Shown here: piece by piece, positions 1-13,100 of the stretch | How positions within the stretch are numbered: the first letter of the stretch is position 1 | How the letters are laid out: each line of letters starts with the position of its first letter | NCBI GenBank assembly: GCA_043228905.1 | Contig: JBHGNT010000005.1 | Span: 4,340,001-4,404,000 of the forward strand | Length of the DNA: 64,000 nt | Direction: 5' to 3' | Source of the DNA: Azolla caroliniana | Taxonomy: Eukaryota; Plantae; Polypodiophyta | Notes under the pieces: model-generated | Told to the model about the DNA's origin: nothing | Database searches by the model: none | The model's input: the letters and a program-made list of their open reading frames with translations, nothing else | Translations under genes and position numbers: made by a program

Positions 1-114
1 CTTGATTCTTTAATCCTTAAATTCTTTCATCCATATTGTTTTTTTTCTGGTGTATCACTGCACTAATATATTGTTCCATAAAAGACATAACTAGGGTTTC
101 TTGCAGGACTTAAC

Positions 115-3100
115 CTGTTGAAGAAGGCACCTGCAAAGCAATCCTTTCATTTCGTGAAGTAAACTAAAACTCTTTTTGCTATACACAGTCTCTTGTTGAC
201 TACAACTAGCTTCACTCGAAAAGTTCAGAAACGAATCACAATCTTTTTGTGCTCGAGAAGTTCTTTCAGCAACTAGTAAGTCAAATAGCCCTTGCAACGC
301 AGTCATTCTGGTCAGAACTTCTCTACCGAACATGGCTTTTCTAAGCACTAAAACAGTGTATCCCTGTAATGCATCAAAAAATTGTAGTATTTATGAGCAC
401 TAATTTGTCTTTTAATAAGAAAAGTTTGAACAAAATTATGAGGTTACAAAGTCTAACCTGTAAATCAGAACTCAGATGAAATAGTGGGCATATATTATGT
501 AAAAGAGATGATGCCGCAATTGGATGCAGAAATGTATAATAATCAAGACATTCCTTTAACCGTGCTACATGCTCTAGCATTAGATGTGGATATTTCTGCA
601 CTAGCTGACCCACCATTCTAATGTTCATCAAAAAATACACATATGTACATAAGAGATCTCTTCACTCTGATTAAAATAATCACGAAATGACATTCAGTAA
701 TGCAAACCTTATGATTGGTGAGCTTAGTTCAGGCTTTAGACCAATTATTCGGCATTTACTTTGTTCAATAATCTGAAATTTTGCCCAAAAAAATGAGGTT
801 ACTAGAGATAGATTATCTTTTATTACATTCACATCAGTGTATATAAAACAAAGTGACAGCAGGCCAGTATAGACATACCATATCACTGGTTTAAATACTA
901 TTTATAGAAGAATCTCCTTATCTCTTTGGTTTATATTTAAATGATTTCTCAATAGGAAAGTGTAGACGCTTGTGGGTGCAAATCCCCTCACTTCACTAGT
1001 TTATGTGAAAATAATGGATTTGTAAGGCAGTATAGACACATGTAAGTGCATGTATACCATTTAAGAGAAGAATCACCTCATCTCATCAGTTTATACTAAA
1101 ATTATGTGTGTATATACAGCTTAAGAGAAGAATCTCCTCATCTTAATCATTACACAAACACCAATACCTAATTAGACATGTATATGAGCATATTTACTAC
1201 TTCAAAAGAAGAATCACCTCATCCCTTGATATGTCATGAACTTCAAAAGAAATTTGCAAGATAAGAGCTCCCAAATAATGACAGCCACAAACTTGTTCTT
1301 GATGTTTGATAACACGATCAGATGAAGAAGATTCTCCTGGCATTGTACTCTCAATCAATATAAATCCAAATTTTACAAGGCTAGGTATCACGTGATCCCA
1401 CCCAAATGCTGTGTTCCGGACCTAAATCAAAGGTCAAAAATATTGTTTAAGGTATTGATTTCTTGTTCTATGCAATAATAAGCATCTTTCATCTGAAGCC
1501 TTAATGTTTGTGAAGGAATGTTGCACTTACTGTTTGAATGAAGGAATTCTCCAATATATGGACATCATCCATACATTGTTTCTTCAATTCCTCTGGTGCA
1601 CACACCGAGTATCTGTAGCATGATAAAAGTGTGATATAAATGTATTTGTGTAAAATCATCACACTAGAAGAACGGTACCATGTCAAAAGTGCAGTCTGAC
1701 TATAATGTGAAGTCAGCACTATGTAAGAAGAAAATTACTAAATCGAAAATCACATTTTCTGATGTTAAAGCGCAATCACCACATTGTAAAGAAGAAAGTT
1801 CTGCGTGAACAATCACTGTATGATAAAATATGTTCATGTGTCTAATCGCCACATTGTAAGAAGAAAAGTACTATCATAATTCATATTTTATGATTACATA
1901 TGTAGAAAACTCTTATGTCAAAAAACCATATTGCATGATGATATGTTCATCTGTATAATTACGCATGGTAAGAAGACAAGTACCAAGTCAAAATCACATC
2001 GTATGATGATATATATTCACATATGCAAAACAATCATATTGCATGATGATGTTATGTTCATGTGTGCAATCATTCCACTCTATGAAGAAAAGTAATGTGT
2101 CAAAATCATATTGTATGATGATAAATGTTTATCTAATCACCACACTGCAAGAAAAAAATAATGCTATCATAATCAAACTGCAGGATGATACATGTTCATG
2201 CACACATCGTAAGAAGAAAAACATGACGTTCAAAGGAAAAAGTCCTATTTGATAGTAATATAATTTCGTATGTGCAATAACAAATTCAGCACACTATAGG
2301 GGGAAAAAAGGTACTTTGTCAATCACTTAGTACATTTGCATAATCATCGCATAGTGAGAAGAAAAGAACGATGTCAAAATCATATCGATGATGATATGTG
2401 TATATACGAGTAATCACCAAATTCTATGATTAAAACACACCAAATTCTATGATTAAAACACTATGTCAGACTGATCATGTGTTATCATTATTAAGTCTGA
2501 ATTTACCTACTTGCACAATTTTGAATCTTGAAATGACCTTATTACAGCGTTCTTCAAGAGGTTCAAAGCAATCTCTTCAAATCTTTGTATGCGAGCAATT
2601 GAAAGAATCACCGAAACAACAAAAGATCTGAGTGGAAGAACGTGACCTCTTACTAGAGACAGTATTTCTTGACCCAAAGAGGGATTCTGCTTTACTGCAA
2701 AACTGATGTGAAGAATAATGGTTCCTTCAATTTGTCGGAATGATTCGGCTGATATTTTTGTCTTATAGTTATTATTATTTCCAGATAATAATTTCTGTGT
2801 CAATGGAGAGGTTTTTGATGAATGAGGACAATGACTGAAGAATGAAAGAATTCCGAGGAGAATGATCCTTTTGCTTTGTTTTGATGCGAGAAGTAAGAGC
2901 TGATAAACAAGTGATGGAAGATCTAGAGGTTCAACACTCTTCATTTGTACAAAGATCGAATCAATGAGCTCCATATAATCACTATCAGTTAGAGGAATGT
3001 CGCAAAGCATACTTGTTATCTTTGCAAGAACAGGTTTTGAACATTGTGATGATGATAGTATGATACGTTTCAGACAGCAACGAACATAATCTGGTCCAAA

Positions 3101-3685
3101 CACAGAAGTAAATCTGATACCATTTCGATCAGGTACTTCAACATTTCTTGTGTCAGAAGACGAAGTCGAAGCCATTAAAATAGAGAAACAACGTGGAAGA
3201 AGGTTCATAGAAAGAACTTCATCAGATCTCGGGCCATCATCATCGTTACTGTTTTCCATATGATTTATGATTTTCTCCACCACGGAAGGCAATGATTTCT
3301 GAGGAATAATGTCGATTTCTTGCACTATGAAGTCTATACATTCAATAACATTGTGATCTGACGCAGAAATCTTTGCTTCGTGCAGGAAATCGAGCAATTT
3401 CAGAACGACTTGGAAAAGGAGAGAAACGGGCCTTGAAGAAGAATCATCACGACGAGCAGACGGAGCTAATCCTGAGAAGAGAGCTCTGACATATTCTGTC
3501 AAAGAAGAAGAAATCGATGATGAAGATGGGTGCGTTAATCGATCTTCCATGGCTTGCAGAATCGATTGATCTGTTTTGTTCATAACCATGCCAAATAGTC
3601 TTTGCTGAATTCCAAAGGCTCCTGGGGAATACGAGAAAGCCTTACTTTCTTCTACTATCTGCTCATGATATTCGAGCTCCGCCAT
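115..3685 (-). CDS. FANCI: Fanconi anemia group I protein (FANCI), 5' portion; gene continues beyond the left window edge
   Basis: ATG at 3685. Exons read with GT-AG boundaries and consistent phase: 3685-2511, 1612-1531, 1421-1218, 772-708, 617-458, 363-115. The spliced peptide has FANCI-type motifs: DLPSLVYQLLLLASK, RQIEGTIILHISFAVKQNPSLGQE, FGWDHVIPSLVKFGFILIE, LKECLDYYTFL, LVLRKAMFGRE, FSSEASCSQQ. Confidence 0.9.
1630..2460. repeat. Degenerate ~60-65 bp tandem repeat array in FANCI intron 1
   Basis: Recurrent unit like AATCACCACATTGTAAGAAGAAAAGT...AATCATATTGTATGATGATATATGTTCATGTGTGC, roughly 10-12 diverged copies. It ends with an exact duplication of CACCAAATTCTATGATTAAAACAC. Confidence 0.7.
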
Positions 3686-3989
3686 AGCCTCCTTCTAGAC
3701 GCTGCAATAAAAGGAGGGGAGCTCTGCAGAGAGAGAAAACGAAAGGAGGAGGAGGCAAGAAAGCTCGGACACAGAAGATCAGTCTTTCTTATGCTCCTGA
3801 AGCTCTTGAAGAATACGAGGAAGATGAGCGTTTCTTCATGGATGTGATGACCGTATGTTATTCGAGCTTCCTTGCGAAGGATCGCCGGAGGAAGAGAGGA
3901 GGGTGAGGAGGAGAAGAAGAGGAGAAGAGACGATGAATGATGAACGATGAACGATGGCGATGGCGATGGAGACTTCTCTGCAGCAGCAG

Positions 3990-4040
3990 GAGGAGATAGG
4001 TGTGTGTGTAGAGAGAGAGAGAGTGCGTGTGTGTGTGTGT

Positions 4041-4074
<34 letters not shown>

Positions 4075-4170
4075 TCGTTTTTCCCGCCAGAAACTCTTTT
4101 TTGTTTAGATGCATATAAAACACAATAAATCCTACTAGAGCTTTTCTTCTTCTTCTTCTTCTTCTTCGTT
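3990..4170. repeat. Compound microsatellites (GT)n/(GA)n/(CTT)n upstream of FANCI
   Basis: Directly visible simple repeats in the FANCI 5' leader/promoter. Confidence 0.9.
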
Positions 4171-4189
4171 ATCCCCACAAAAGATGTCC

Positions 4190-5100
4190 ATTCATTAGTG
4201 TAAACAATTTACAAAGTTTTGATTCGTATGTGATCGGGGCCGGACGAAACAGCCATTTTGGTGGCTGAAAGTGCCAAATAAAAGAGTGCCATTCTTCTGA
4301 GGCCATAAGTGGAGTAGTTGTCCACATTCTAAGAAATTGATGGCGGCTTTATTGTCAGAATCTCCAACGGTACAAATCCCATCGACGCTATGTCCCACCA
4401 AATAATTTTTACCGATTCAATTGGTGACGCTCTTACTTCATGAAAAATGAGAAACCGCTGAGCCTTCCAGATGTAATATGCAGTAGTATGACTCAGTATC
4501 TCCCAATATGGTTGTATCTCCTTCCTTATCCCTAAAAATTGCGAAGATACTAATGGAAGTGCACGTACACTTTGAGATTTGGTGCGAAAACCATGGTCCA
4601 TAGATTTGGCGTCGTAATGGAAAAAAAAGCGGACGAGCGACATCCAAACCACCATGCCCCATGTGAATACCGATGAGGAAAAATAGTAAGCAAATATTCT
4701 AAGGAGGCGTTGTCATACCAGTCGAGACTCGATGCAAGCCCATGGACAATGTTTCTGGGAGTTTGAACTTGTAAATGACAATGAGCACAAGTAGATGATA
4801 CGCCATCTTACATAGCCATGTACCAACAAGCAAAGCCCTGATGCACGAGTAACCACTGCACACAGAATATCTCTTTGTGATTGTTTTCTTTCCCATATGT
4901 TAATCCAAAACTTAGCAAGAAACTTCGAGGAATACCTTGTTGACTCCAATATTGAAATGCAATTGGTAACACATCATGACTATTCAAGGGCACATGTCTT
5001 CCCAACTGTAAATTTTTTTGGAAGCAATTAAAGTTGTTACCAATAAATGGATATATCCACTAATAATCAAATGGGTCCCAACCTAATCTAAAGAAAGGTC
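4190..5100 (-). mobile_element. Degenerate non-LTR (LINE) retrotransposon 3' fragment (zf-RVT region)
   Basis: Frameshifted minus-strand pieces such as YKFKLPETLSMGLHRV and YWEILSHTTAYYIWKAQRFLIFHEVRASPIESVKIIWWDI resemble the LINE ORF2 C-terminal zinc-binding/WxIWxxRN region. Confidence 0.55.
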
Positions 5101-7542
5101 GTTTGCCAACACCCGCAACTTCCAATGTCACCTTATGTCCTCTATCGGTGGATCAATATACCATTTGCGATCATTGTGTCCTATTACCCTTATCTTGTGT
5201 GTGATAGCATAAGGATAATTGATTACTAGTTCTTGTGACATACACAATTGATTTGCATTATCTGCATCAAAAAGAATGGAAGGTCACATCCTCTAAATAC
5301 CTCTTTACACTGAAGAGTACTTCCAATCTTGAAAAAACACTAGCCCATCTATGATAAGAGCTATTACAACTTATCTTAAACGAAACTTGATCCACAATAG
5401 CTCATAAACGAAGGACACATTTGGCAATGTTGTGTGCTAAAGGTTTTAGGCAATATGCATATAGCATACAATACAATGTAGAGTTTGTCCTTTCTAAACA
5501 TAACAAAAATGTAAAACACACAAACAGTGTTTGGCTATTGCTACTACTAAGCTTGAGCTTCATATATTTCAACGAGGACAACTAGTCGCGTTTAGTTGGA
5601 CTTCTGGTTCACTCGCGCATTACTTAGATAGTGCCTACATAGGAATGTAAATACACGGACTCAATAACGTCACTAGCGTGCGATTCACATGCATGTTGAG
5701 TAGGCGTTGGAGGGCATCTCCCTCTTTTCTTTGAAGAGGGGGAGGGGAGACATCGGTCAAGAGAATAGATGTAACCCGACTAAAATGTCCAACTATCTAT
5801 GCTGTTTACTCAAAGCGATGATTGTTTGAGAGAATGGATGCAACCCGATTAATTTGTCCGACTTTCTTTATTGTGGTCTCGGCGATGTGTCCACCTAAAA
5901 GTTGGATTTAAAGCAAATTATGGCCAGGCATGAATTTAAAGCAAAGTTGAGATGTTGTTTAACGTTTCTTGAATATCAGATATGAAAAGAGTGATGTGAT
6001 ATGGAAAACTTCGTCGATCTTAGAACTCGTCGAACATTCATCTCAGCTTTAAATTCATTCCTGACAATAATTTGATGGCATTCAACTTTAAAACTAAAAT
6101 GGAACCCCCATCCCCCCCTTTGCATGTGTGCACTGTGTAGTTAATCAATCAAACAAATTCGCGAACTTGGTACGATTAACAAAAGGACTTCATGAAAGTA
6201 CAAGCAATGAAAGAGTCAAGTATATTTTGTGGAAGGACTTCATAAAGTCGATATGATCAATAAAATGATTTCACAATACAATCAACGAATATAAATCACG
6301 AGGTACAATAGTACTAGCACAATAACATCAATAATGAAACCTCATCATGTTAGTACAATCAGGGCCAGAAGCTTCGTTAAGCCATCACAATTAACACGAC
6401 ACGATCGACCACAGAGCTTTACGTCGATACAATTAACGCGGTGCAATCAACGACATAATGTCATAGACTTATAGTACAAGTAACGCAAAAGAGAAGGGAT
6501 GGCAAACTTTTTATTCTTGCGTCAAGGCAATAAAGGCAAGTGGTAGAGCACAACGAGTGACAGAAGGGTCATCGAGCTTTGGTAGAATGAGGCAATACAA
6601 TGGCCGCCTGGCCGCCTTCAACGGATGAGACCCAAAGCCAGACCAAAGCGAGACAGAAGAACACATTGGTAATGTACATATGTATGCATGCATGTAGGTA
6701 TGTGTATGTATGTATGTATGGATGGATGGATGTATGTATGCATTTATGTATGTATGGTGCCCATGTCCATTTGAGAGATCTCTCTCTCTCAAGTCTTCCT
6801 TCCCAATCCCATCTCCACCTCTCTCTCTCTCTCCTTCTCTTCCTTCTTCTCCTACTCTTTTCTCTTTTATTGCCCATTTTTCTAGGGTTCCCTTCTTCCT
6901 CCTCCTCCTCCTCTAGAGTCTAGTTAGGGTTTCTGCTCAGAGAAACGCTAGATTCTCTCTGAAACCCTAGATTTGATTTCTTCTTCCCCCCCGCCCAGTT
7001 TCTGTGTCCCCGTGTTTCTCCTCGGACAAGAATCCCAGATCTGCTCGGCATTCCTAGCCCTCTGCTTTTGATTTATTTATCACATCCGTGTGCCGCCCCC
7101 ACTACAAGTTAGGATTTCTACACCCTAGATCTGCGGCAGTACCCTGGATCTGTTCTCTCCCCCCCCCCCCCCCCCCTCCCCCCGGAGGGGTGTTTAGGTT
7201 TATGCGGAGAAATCCTAAGTATGATGTGAAGAAGCCTTTGATCTGTTTCCTCTTTCTATATTATTGTGAGTATGCTTGGGGTTTCTGATCAGAAACTCTA
7301 GGTCTGCTGTGCACAATCCGATTCTGGCTTTCTTTGATTCTAAGCCAAGAAGATGAAGCCTAGAGATCTACCTTCAACTAGGACTTTGAGAACCCTAGCA
7401 GACATCGCAGAGCGAAACCGAGATAGCACAGATATGGCGATGAAGACGCTTCAACACTAGGTCCAGCGTGTACCCAGAAAAACGAATTGTCGAACTTCAA
7501 AACCCTGGACTTTCCGGTTCCCCTAAAGACACTCTCCTTTCA

Positions 7543-10119
7543 ATGATGGACAAAGTAAAAGGTCGTTTCCTTCCTGTTCTTCATTGCTTTTTGCTGCAAG
7601 GTAAACTGCCTTCTGTAGTTCAATTCTTGCTTCTACCACAGATCTGTAGAAAAGAAGCGATAATAGAACGCGCATGTGAGACGAAAACAAGGGATGGAGT
7701 AGAGGGAGAGAATAGAAATAGATTATGCAAGAGACGGAGGCCTAAGACTAGACAGATCTCATGCGTTCATGAAGAGACAGGTCCCTCTGAAGAGATATTG
7801 ACAGAGATAATCCAAAAATTAGAGGATTCTATGAAGGGCGAGAGAGGAATATCTAGTACCAGACATATGTCTTCAGTTTCTGAAGAAATAGATTATATCA
7901 AAGAGATTTTGACAGACATAATCCATGGAATATCGAACATCGGGAAGAGTTCTGAGAGAAAAAGGTGCAAGAGCACACAATTCTCTTCAGATTCTGAAGA
8001 AATGTGTTCTTTTGAAGAGATAATGACCGGGGTATCATATGGAATAGAGAACCTTAAGAAGAGTTCTGACAAAGTAAGGCCTAAGGTCAGACAGATCTCT
8101 TCAGTTTATGGAGAAGCTGGTTCTTTTGAAGATATATTGACAGACGTAGTCCATTCAATAGAGGAGTTTAAAAAGAGTTCTGAGAGAGGAAAGTCTAGTA
8201 TCAACTACATGTCCTCATTATCTGATGGAAAAGGTCGTTTTGAAGAGGTACTGGCAGAGATAATCCATGGAGTAGAGGACTGTAAGAAGAGTTCCCAAAA
8301 AGGATGGTACAAGAAAAACAAGATGTGTACAGTTTTAGCTAAAAAAAGTTCCTTCAAAGAGATAATCGATGGCATCTCTCACACAGATTTTATTACGCAT
8401 GATCCTCACAGTAATGATGAAAGAAAAGATGATGATGAAGATGAATATAAAGCAAAGTCCATGGTTAGAAGAGAGAAGGAGACGATAAAGAGGTCTAAAT
8501 TAAATCAGATCTTTACAGTTGCTGTGAAAGGAGGTTTGTTTGAAGCAATATTAAGAGAGATTATCCTTGTAATCTCGTTCAAGTCTTACAATACAGTGGA
8601 TGTTCGAGGCCAAGAAGGGTCTCTCATGGAAGTGTATACATTTAATAATGAACATAAAATGGATGCTGGAAAACATGCTGAAGATTGTGAAAATAATGGA
8701 AAATTTAGGAATGGAATAGATCAAATAGGTCCTCTCATGTATATATCTTATGACAAACATCAAGAAGTTTCTGGTAAACACATAGGAGATGATGAAAATA
8801 ATGAAAAATCAAGGGATGAAATAGAGGGTTGTAGGAAGTGTTGCAAGAGAAAAAGATCTCAGACGAGCCAAGTCGACACAGTTTCGGTGAAATCAGATTC
8901 ACTGTTTTCATTGGTAGAAACTTTGACTGAGATAATCCATGGGATCTCTCTCAAAGGAAAGCAAAATATGGAAGTTAATAGCTCTAGCCGATACCAAGAA
9001 AGTTCAGGACAACACATTGAAAATGTTGAAAGTAATGGAGAAGCTTCAGATACATCCTATCTTCCAGGTATGGATGATTCTGCTGCCTTGAGGTGCCTTG
9101 CTTTTTTACCTGTAACAGAACATTGGAAGCTTTCCATGGTATCTCGGAGGCACAAAGATCTAGTTCATAGCTCTCTGCTTCTTAAACTCAGACAAGAGTA
9201 TAAGATTCTGCAGCAATGGATTTGCATATATACAAGTGGAAACAATGGATGGGCTGCCTTTGATCCGAAGCAAAATACATGGAGAAACCTTCATCATGCG
9301 AATGTAGACCCAAATTTTATCCTCTCAGATAAGGAGTCTTTATCCGCAGGTAGCCATTTGCTATGGCTTGGCCGAGAAGCCTTTGATTTTGCTTGCTATA
9401 GGTATGATTTAATATTGAATAGTTGGGATCGAGGTCCTCCTATGGTGAATTCTCGATGTCTATTTGCATCAGCTAGTTGTGGTCAATATGCATTCGTTGC
9501 GGGTGGTTTCACTGTTGGTGGGATGCAATTTAATGTGCTCAATACAGCAGAACGATACAATTCAATCAAAGGAATTTGGGAGCCTTTAGCTTCTATGGCT
9601 ACCCCTAGGCATAAATGCTCTGGTTTCTTCATGGATGGGAAGTTTTATGTCATCGGGGGTAAATCTATTACACATGAACCTCTTACAAGTGGAGAAGAGT
9701 ATGACCCTGAAAAGAATGTTTGGAGAACAATTGAGAATATGTATCCTATACCACCGTCTACTCCATCTTTTGAACCTTCACCACCTTTGGTTGCAGTTGC
9801 AGGAAACGAGCTTTATGCTATAGATAGCTCAAGCAATCTTCTCAAAGTCTATGAAAAGAAAAGTATTACATGGAAAGTTCTTGGATCTGTTCCGGTTAGG
9901 GCAGATTTTTGCAATGGATGGGGTCTAGCTTTCAAAGCCTTAGGTGATGAGATTTTTGTGATAGGTGGGCACCGTGTATCAAATGAAGAAAGAGAAGGAG
10001 TGGCCGTGTTTTCATGGCGACCTCGTCCTAGTGATTCAGCTCCAGAATGGAAACTTGTCAATTCAAGGGTCACTGGAACTGGTAATTTCCTCTTCAATTG
10101 TGCTGTCATGGCTTGTTAA
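7543..10119 (+). CDS. F-box/kelch-repeat protein (SKIP11/AFR-like family) with a long repetitive N-terminal extension
   Basis: Uninterrupted ORF; first in-frame ATG at 7543 (an 87-nt in-frame intron 7555-7641 is possible). F-box LPGMDDSAALRCLAFLP at ~9060. Kelch repeats: SDKESLSAGSHLL, GPPMVNSRCLFASASCGQYAFVAGG, MATPRHKCSGFFMDGKFYVIGG, SPPLVAVAGNELYA, NGWGLAFKALGDEIFVIGG. Family-typical C-terminus FLFNCAVMAC. Confidence 0.9.
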   Translation: MMDKVKGRFLPVLHCFLLQGKLPSVVQFLLLPQICRKEAIIERACETKTRDGVEGENRNRLCKRRRPKTRQISCVHEETGPSEEILTEIIQKLEDSMKGERGISSTRHMSSVSEEIDYIKEILTDIIHGISNIGKSSERKRCKSTQFSSDSEEMCSFEEIMTGVSYGIENLKKSSDKVRPKVRQISSVYGEAGSFEDILTDVVHSIEEFKKSSERGKSSINYMSSLSDGKGRFEEVLAEIIHGVEDCKKSSQKGWYKKNKMCTVLAKKSSFKEIIDGISHTDFITHDPHSNDERKDDDEDEYKAKSMVRREKETIKRSKLNQIFTVAVKGGLFEAILREIILVISFKSYNTVDVRGQEGSLMEVYTFNNEHKMDAGKHAEDCENNGKFRNGIDQIGPLMYISYDKHQEVSGKHIGDDENNEKSRDEIEGCRKCCKRKRSQTSQVDTVSVKSDSLFSLVETLTEIIHGISLKGKQNMEVNSSSRYQESSGQHIENVESNGEASDTSYLPGMDDSAALRCLAFLPVTEHWKLSMVSRRHKDLVHSSLLLKLRQEYKILQQWICIYTSGNNGWAAFDPKQNTWRNLHHANVDPNFILSDKESLSAGSHLLWLGREAFDFACYRYDLILNSWDRGPPMVNSRCLFASASCGQYAFVAGGFTVGGMQFNVLNTAERYNSIKGIWEPLASMATPRHKCSGFFMDGKFYVIGGKSITHEPLTSGEEYDPEKNVWRTIENMYPIPPSTPSFEPSPPLVAVAGNELYAIDSSSNLLKVYEKKSITWKVLGSVPVRADFCNGWGLAFKALGDEIFVIGGHRVSNEEREGVAVFSWRPRPSDSAPEWKLVNSRVTGTGNFLFNCAVMAC

Positions 10120-13100
10120 TCTTGCTTAATGGTTGAGGTACTGATCTGTTTCTCTACTATATAGGCATGTTGTTGTAGTTCACATTGTATTAACTACTAC
10201 TTTCAAAGGCTTTGTCTCTCTTTAGTTGTGTTGTAGTTCACATTGTATAATTGCTACTTATGAGGGTGTCATCTACCGAGGCTTGTTGTAGTGAAAGCAA
10301 ACTTATTATAACGTTCCATTGGATGTGTATGCCTATATAAGGGATTGAAAATTATTTATTTCCAAATCATGCCAGTTAGCATCATTCCTATACAGTACGA
10401 TCCTCTTCTGCAAGTATCCGTTGTCCTGTATCCAGTGTTAACGCAGGTGGTTTTGATACATGCTGCAATGTGCAACATTTTCTTTTCTATGCTTAGTTTG
10501 CCAACGAGTCTATATGTACTGCAGCATAGTTGTCTCACCATCAATGCAATGGCTTCAATGTTAACGCTTCAATGTTAACAATGATTGTTTTGGAACATTC
10601 CATGATGTGTTAACAGTTTGCTTTCCCATGCTTGAAATTAAAGCATCAGAGCGTAGTTGATACACAGTGTTGTCAGATGTTATTTAATCAACACTGATTG
10701 TATACATTCTTGAAGCGTATGATGTGCTAGCAAGTTCATTTCCATGCTTAACTTACCACTGGGATTACATGTATTGGAGCATAGACAAGTTATTTCCATG
10801 CTTAGTCTTGTCACCTGGTTTTATAATCAATAACAAGTTGTTTTTCATGCTTAGTTTTGTTTTTGGGTTTTATGATGAGGTCAAAGGTATCCGAACAGGG
10901 TAGAATCAATGCAACAATGATCCAATGCTAATAATATTCTTAAAACATTTTATAGGATGTGTAATAATTTGTTTTCATGTATGGCTCGGTTTTACAATGC
11001 TGTTTGGTAGAGATGTTAACTGAAGCATAGGTCAGTCCCACTCCCTCATGTTGAAAGCTTCTTTAACAGTATGCAGTAAGAATCTTTAAAAGTCTGTAAA
11101 TGTGTTCTTGTACGCAATCACGTTGAATAACTAGCCCATGTACATTCAATTTGTGGTCAATGGTGATGTTCGTGCTTTATGGAGCATCACCTGATATTTA
11201 CTCTTTTAAGTTATTTATTGGCAGATGTGTGGATATATTATATATCTGGTGTTTCTCAATCAGCAGGTTAGACAAATTTTATCATGTTAGTAACCTGCTT
11301 AATTTCATGGCAACATGAACACACTCATCATAAATATTAGTATGTAATGGATTGCAAACAGCAAATTAGGCCCTTTCAAGTTCTTTTGTACTAACTCTTT
11401 CAGATGAGGCGCATCTATTGCTATCTTATATCTGCACTATTCTGAGTTCAGGTAAATGGACTTGAATATCTACTGAATAAGTACACACTACTAATAGTTA
11501 CTACTTGCTATAATAACTAGCAATCAGAAGTCTTAAATTATCCATACGTTACTAGCGGTAAATGATCTGTACTTTACTTCATTCTGTATATTTAAGCCTT
11601 TTAAATTTATTAATTCTTTGCTACCTCTCTAGGAAAAAGTATTGATTCCCTTCATAACTATGATTCATCCATATATAAAATATTAGGTCGCTTCATTGTC
11701 CTAATTCTATCAAATTTCTCACTACTTGGATTTCAAGACTGTTTGGAAAGATCTAAATGGTTATCTGTAAATAAATCAATATCCTCAGGGATCTTAATCT
11801 TGTAGAACTGCACGGTATTTATGTTGTGAAATTGTTTGCTAGACTCCAAAAGACCATGCTCTTAACCCATACATCCTGAAGTGATCTTAATAAACTTGTT
11901 CAAAGAAGACAGATTTGAATCCCCACACATTGTTCAGTTTTGCATTTTGCAAGTTTGAGTAGTGGACTTCAAAGGGCTGTACGTTCAATGAGTCTCATTT
12001 AATAACTCATTGCAAATTGCTGAGAATTAAATCTCAGCAAGTGGATAAATGAACCACTTCCTTTTTGAGCCATATTTGGCCACCCTTAAATCTCTGTACC
12101 AAGGGTGCTTATAGGTGTGATGCAATATGGTGGCGACACCACTGTTTCTTATTGTCTGTAAAAATTTGTGGCAAATTGGATAAAATTACACTGTAGATTC
12201 CTAATAGCTTCCAAACTTGAATATTACCTTGCAAACGTATCTTCGAAGGGTTACAAATTCAAGAACTAATATTCAATCTACTCATGCCTTTATGAATTGG
12301 TTTTGGGTTAAATAGAACAATGCTGAAAAAACCTTGTTGCCAGCAATGTAATTTCTATATCTTTGAAATCAATTCTTCTTCGTAATGCTCTTTTCACTGC
12401 ATAATTGCAAGTAAATAATCACAAAAACATTGCTAAAATCAATGAGTGGATAGAAAAAGATATTGTATTTTTGTTAACAGCCATCTACAAAATTTCAGGA
12501 TTAATTTGCTAGGATGATTTGTTTTGGCTAATTAAGAAATTGACATATAGAATACCTTCTTTACAATTGAAATATAATACAAATGATTGAAGCGAAGCGA
12601 AGTGAAGTTATAGAATATAAAACTGAAATCCTTGAAAATTAGCCTCTTGACGAACAACGGCCGGAAGTCTTTTATAAGTTATGAGATGGCTTGACCAGAA
12701 ATGGATGTAGATCCAGTGGCAAATACAAACCAAAGTCACAAGAAGTTCCAACAGCATTCAGTGCAGAATAAATGTAGTAGTCAAATGTATATTATCTATA
12801 TCAACAAGTCTAACAAAAATATAACAATTTGGTGAGCCTTTCTCTTTAATGGTTGTCTATTTTTGTGTAAGTTATTTCGATCGTGACAGGGTGAAAAACA
12901 TCAATAACCAATAATTATTATTTATTGTTTTTCGCAAAACAAGGCAGACTACTAAATAACAAAAATAAACTTCAACAAATAAATTGTCTCAACATAATGC
13001 GCACACCACCAATCGAGGTTTGAAACTCATACCTTTCATGAATCCATGGAAAATATGAATATAGATACATAATGAGGAAAAGATGAAAAAAGAATGAACA

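Noticed and set aside
3602-4178. Short ORFs rich in THTH/SLSL/KKKK
   Set aside because: Translation of microsatellites. Similar artefacts occur at 6511-6923, 33406-34302, 56222-57048, 58309-58587 and 59918-60478.
7468-7542. GTG-initiated N-terminal extension in the ORF track for the F-box/kelch gene
   Set aside because: Eukaryotic gene; the first in-frame ATG is at 7543. The same applies to the TTG/GTG starts at 49379, 61355 and the PWR exon ORFs.
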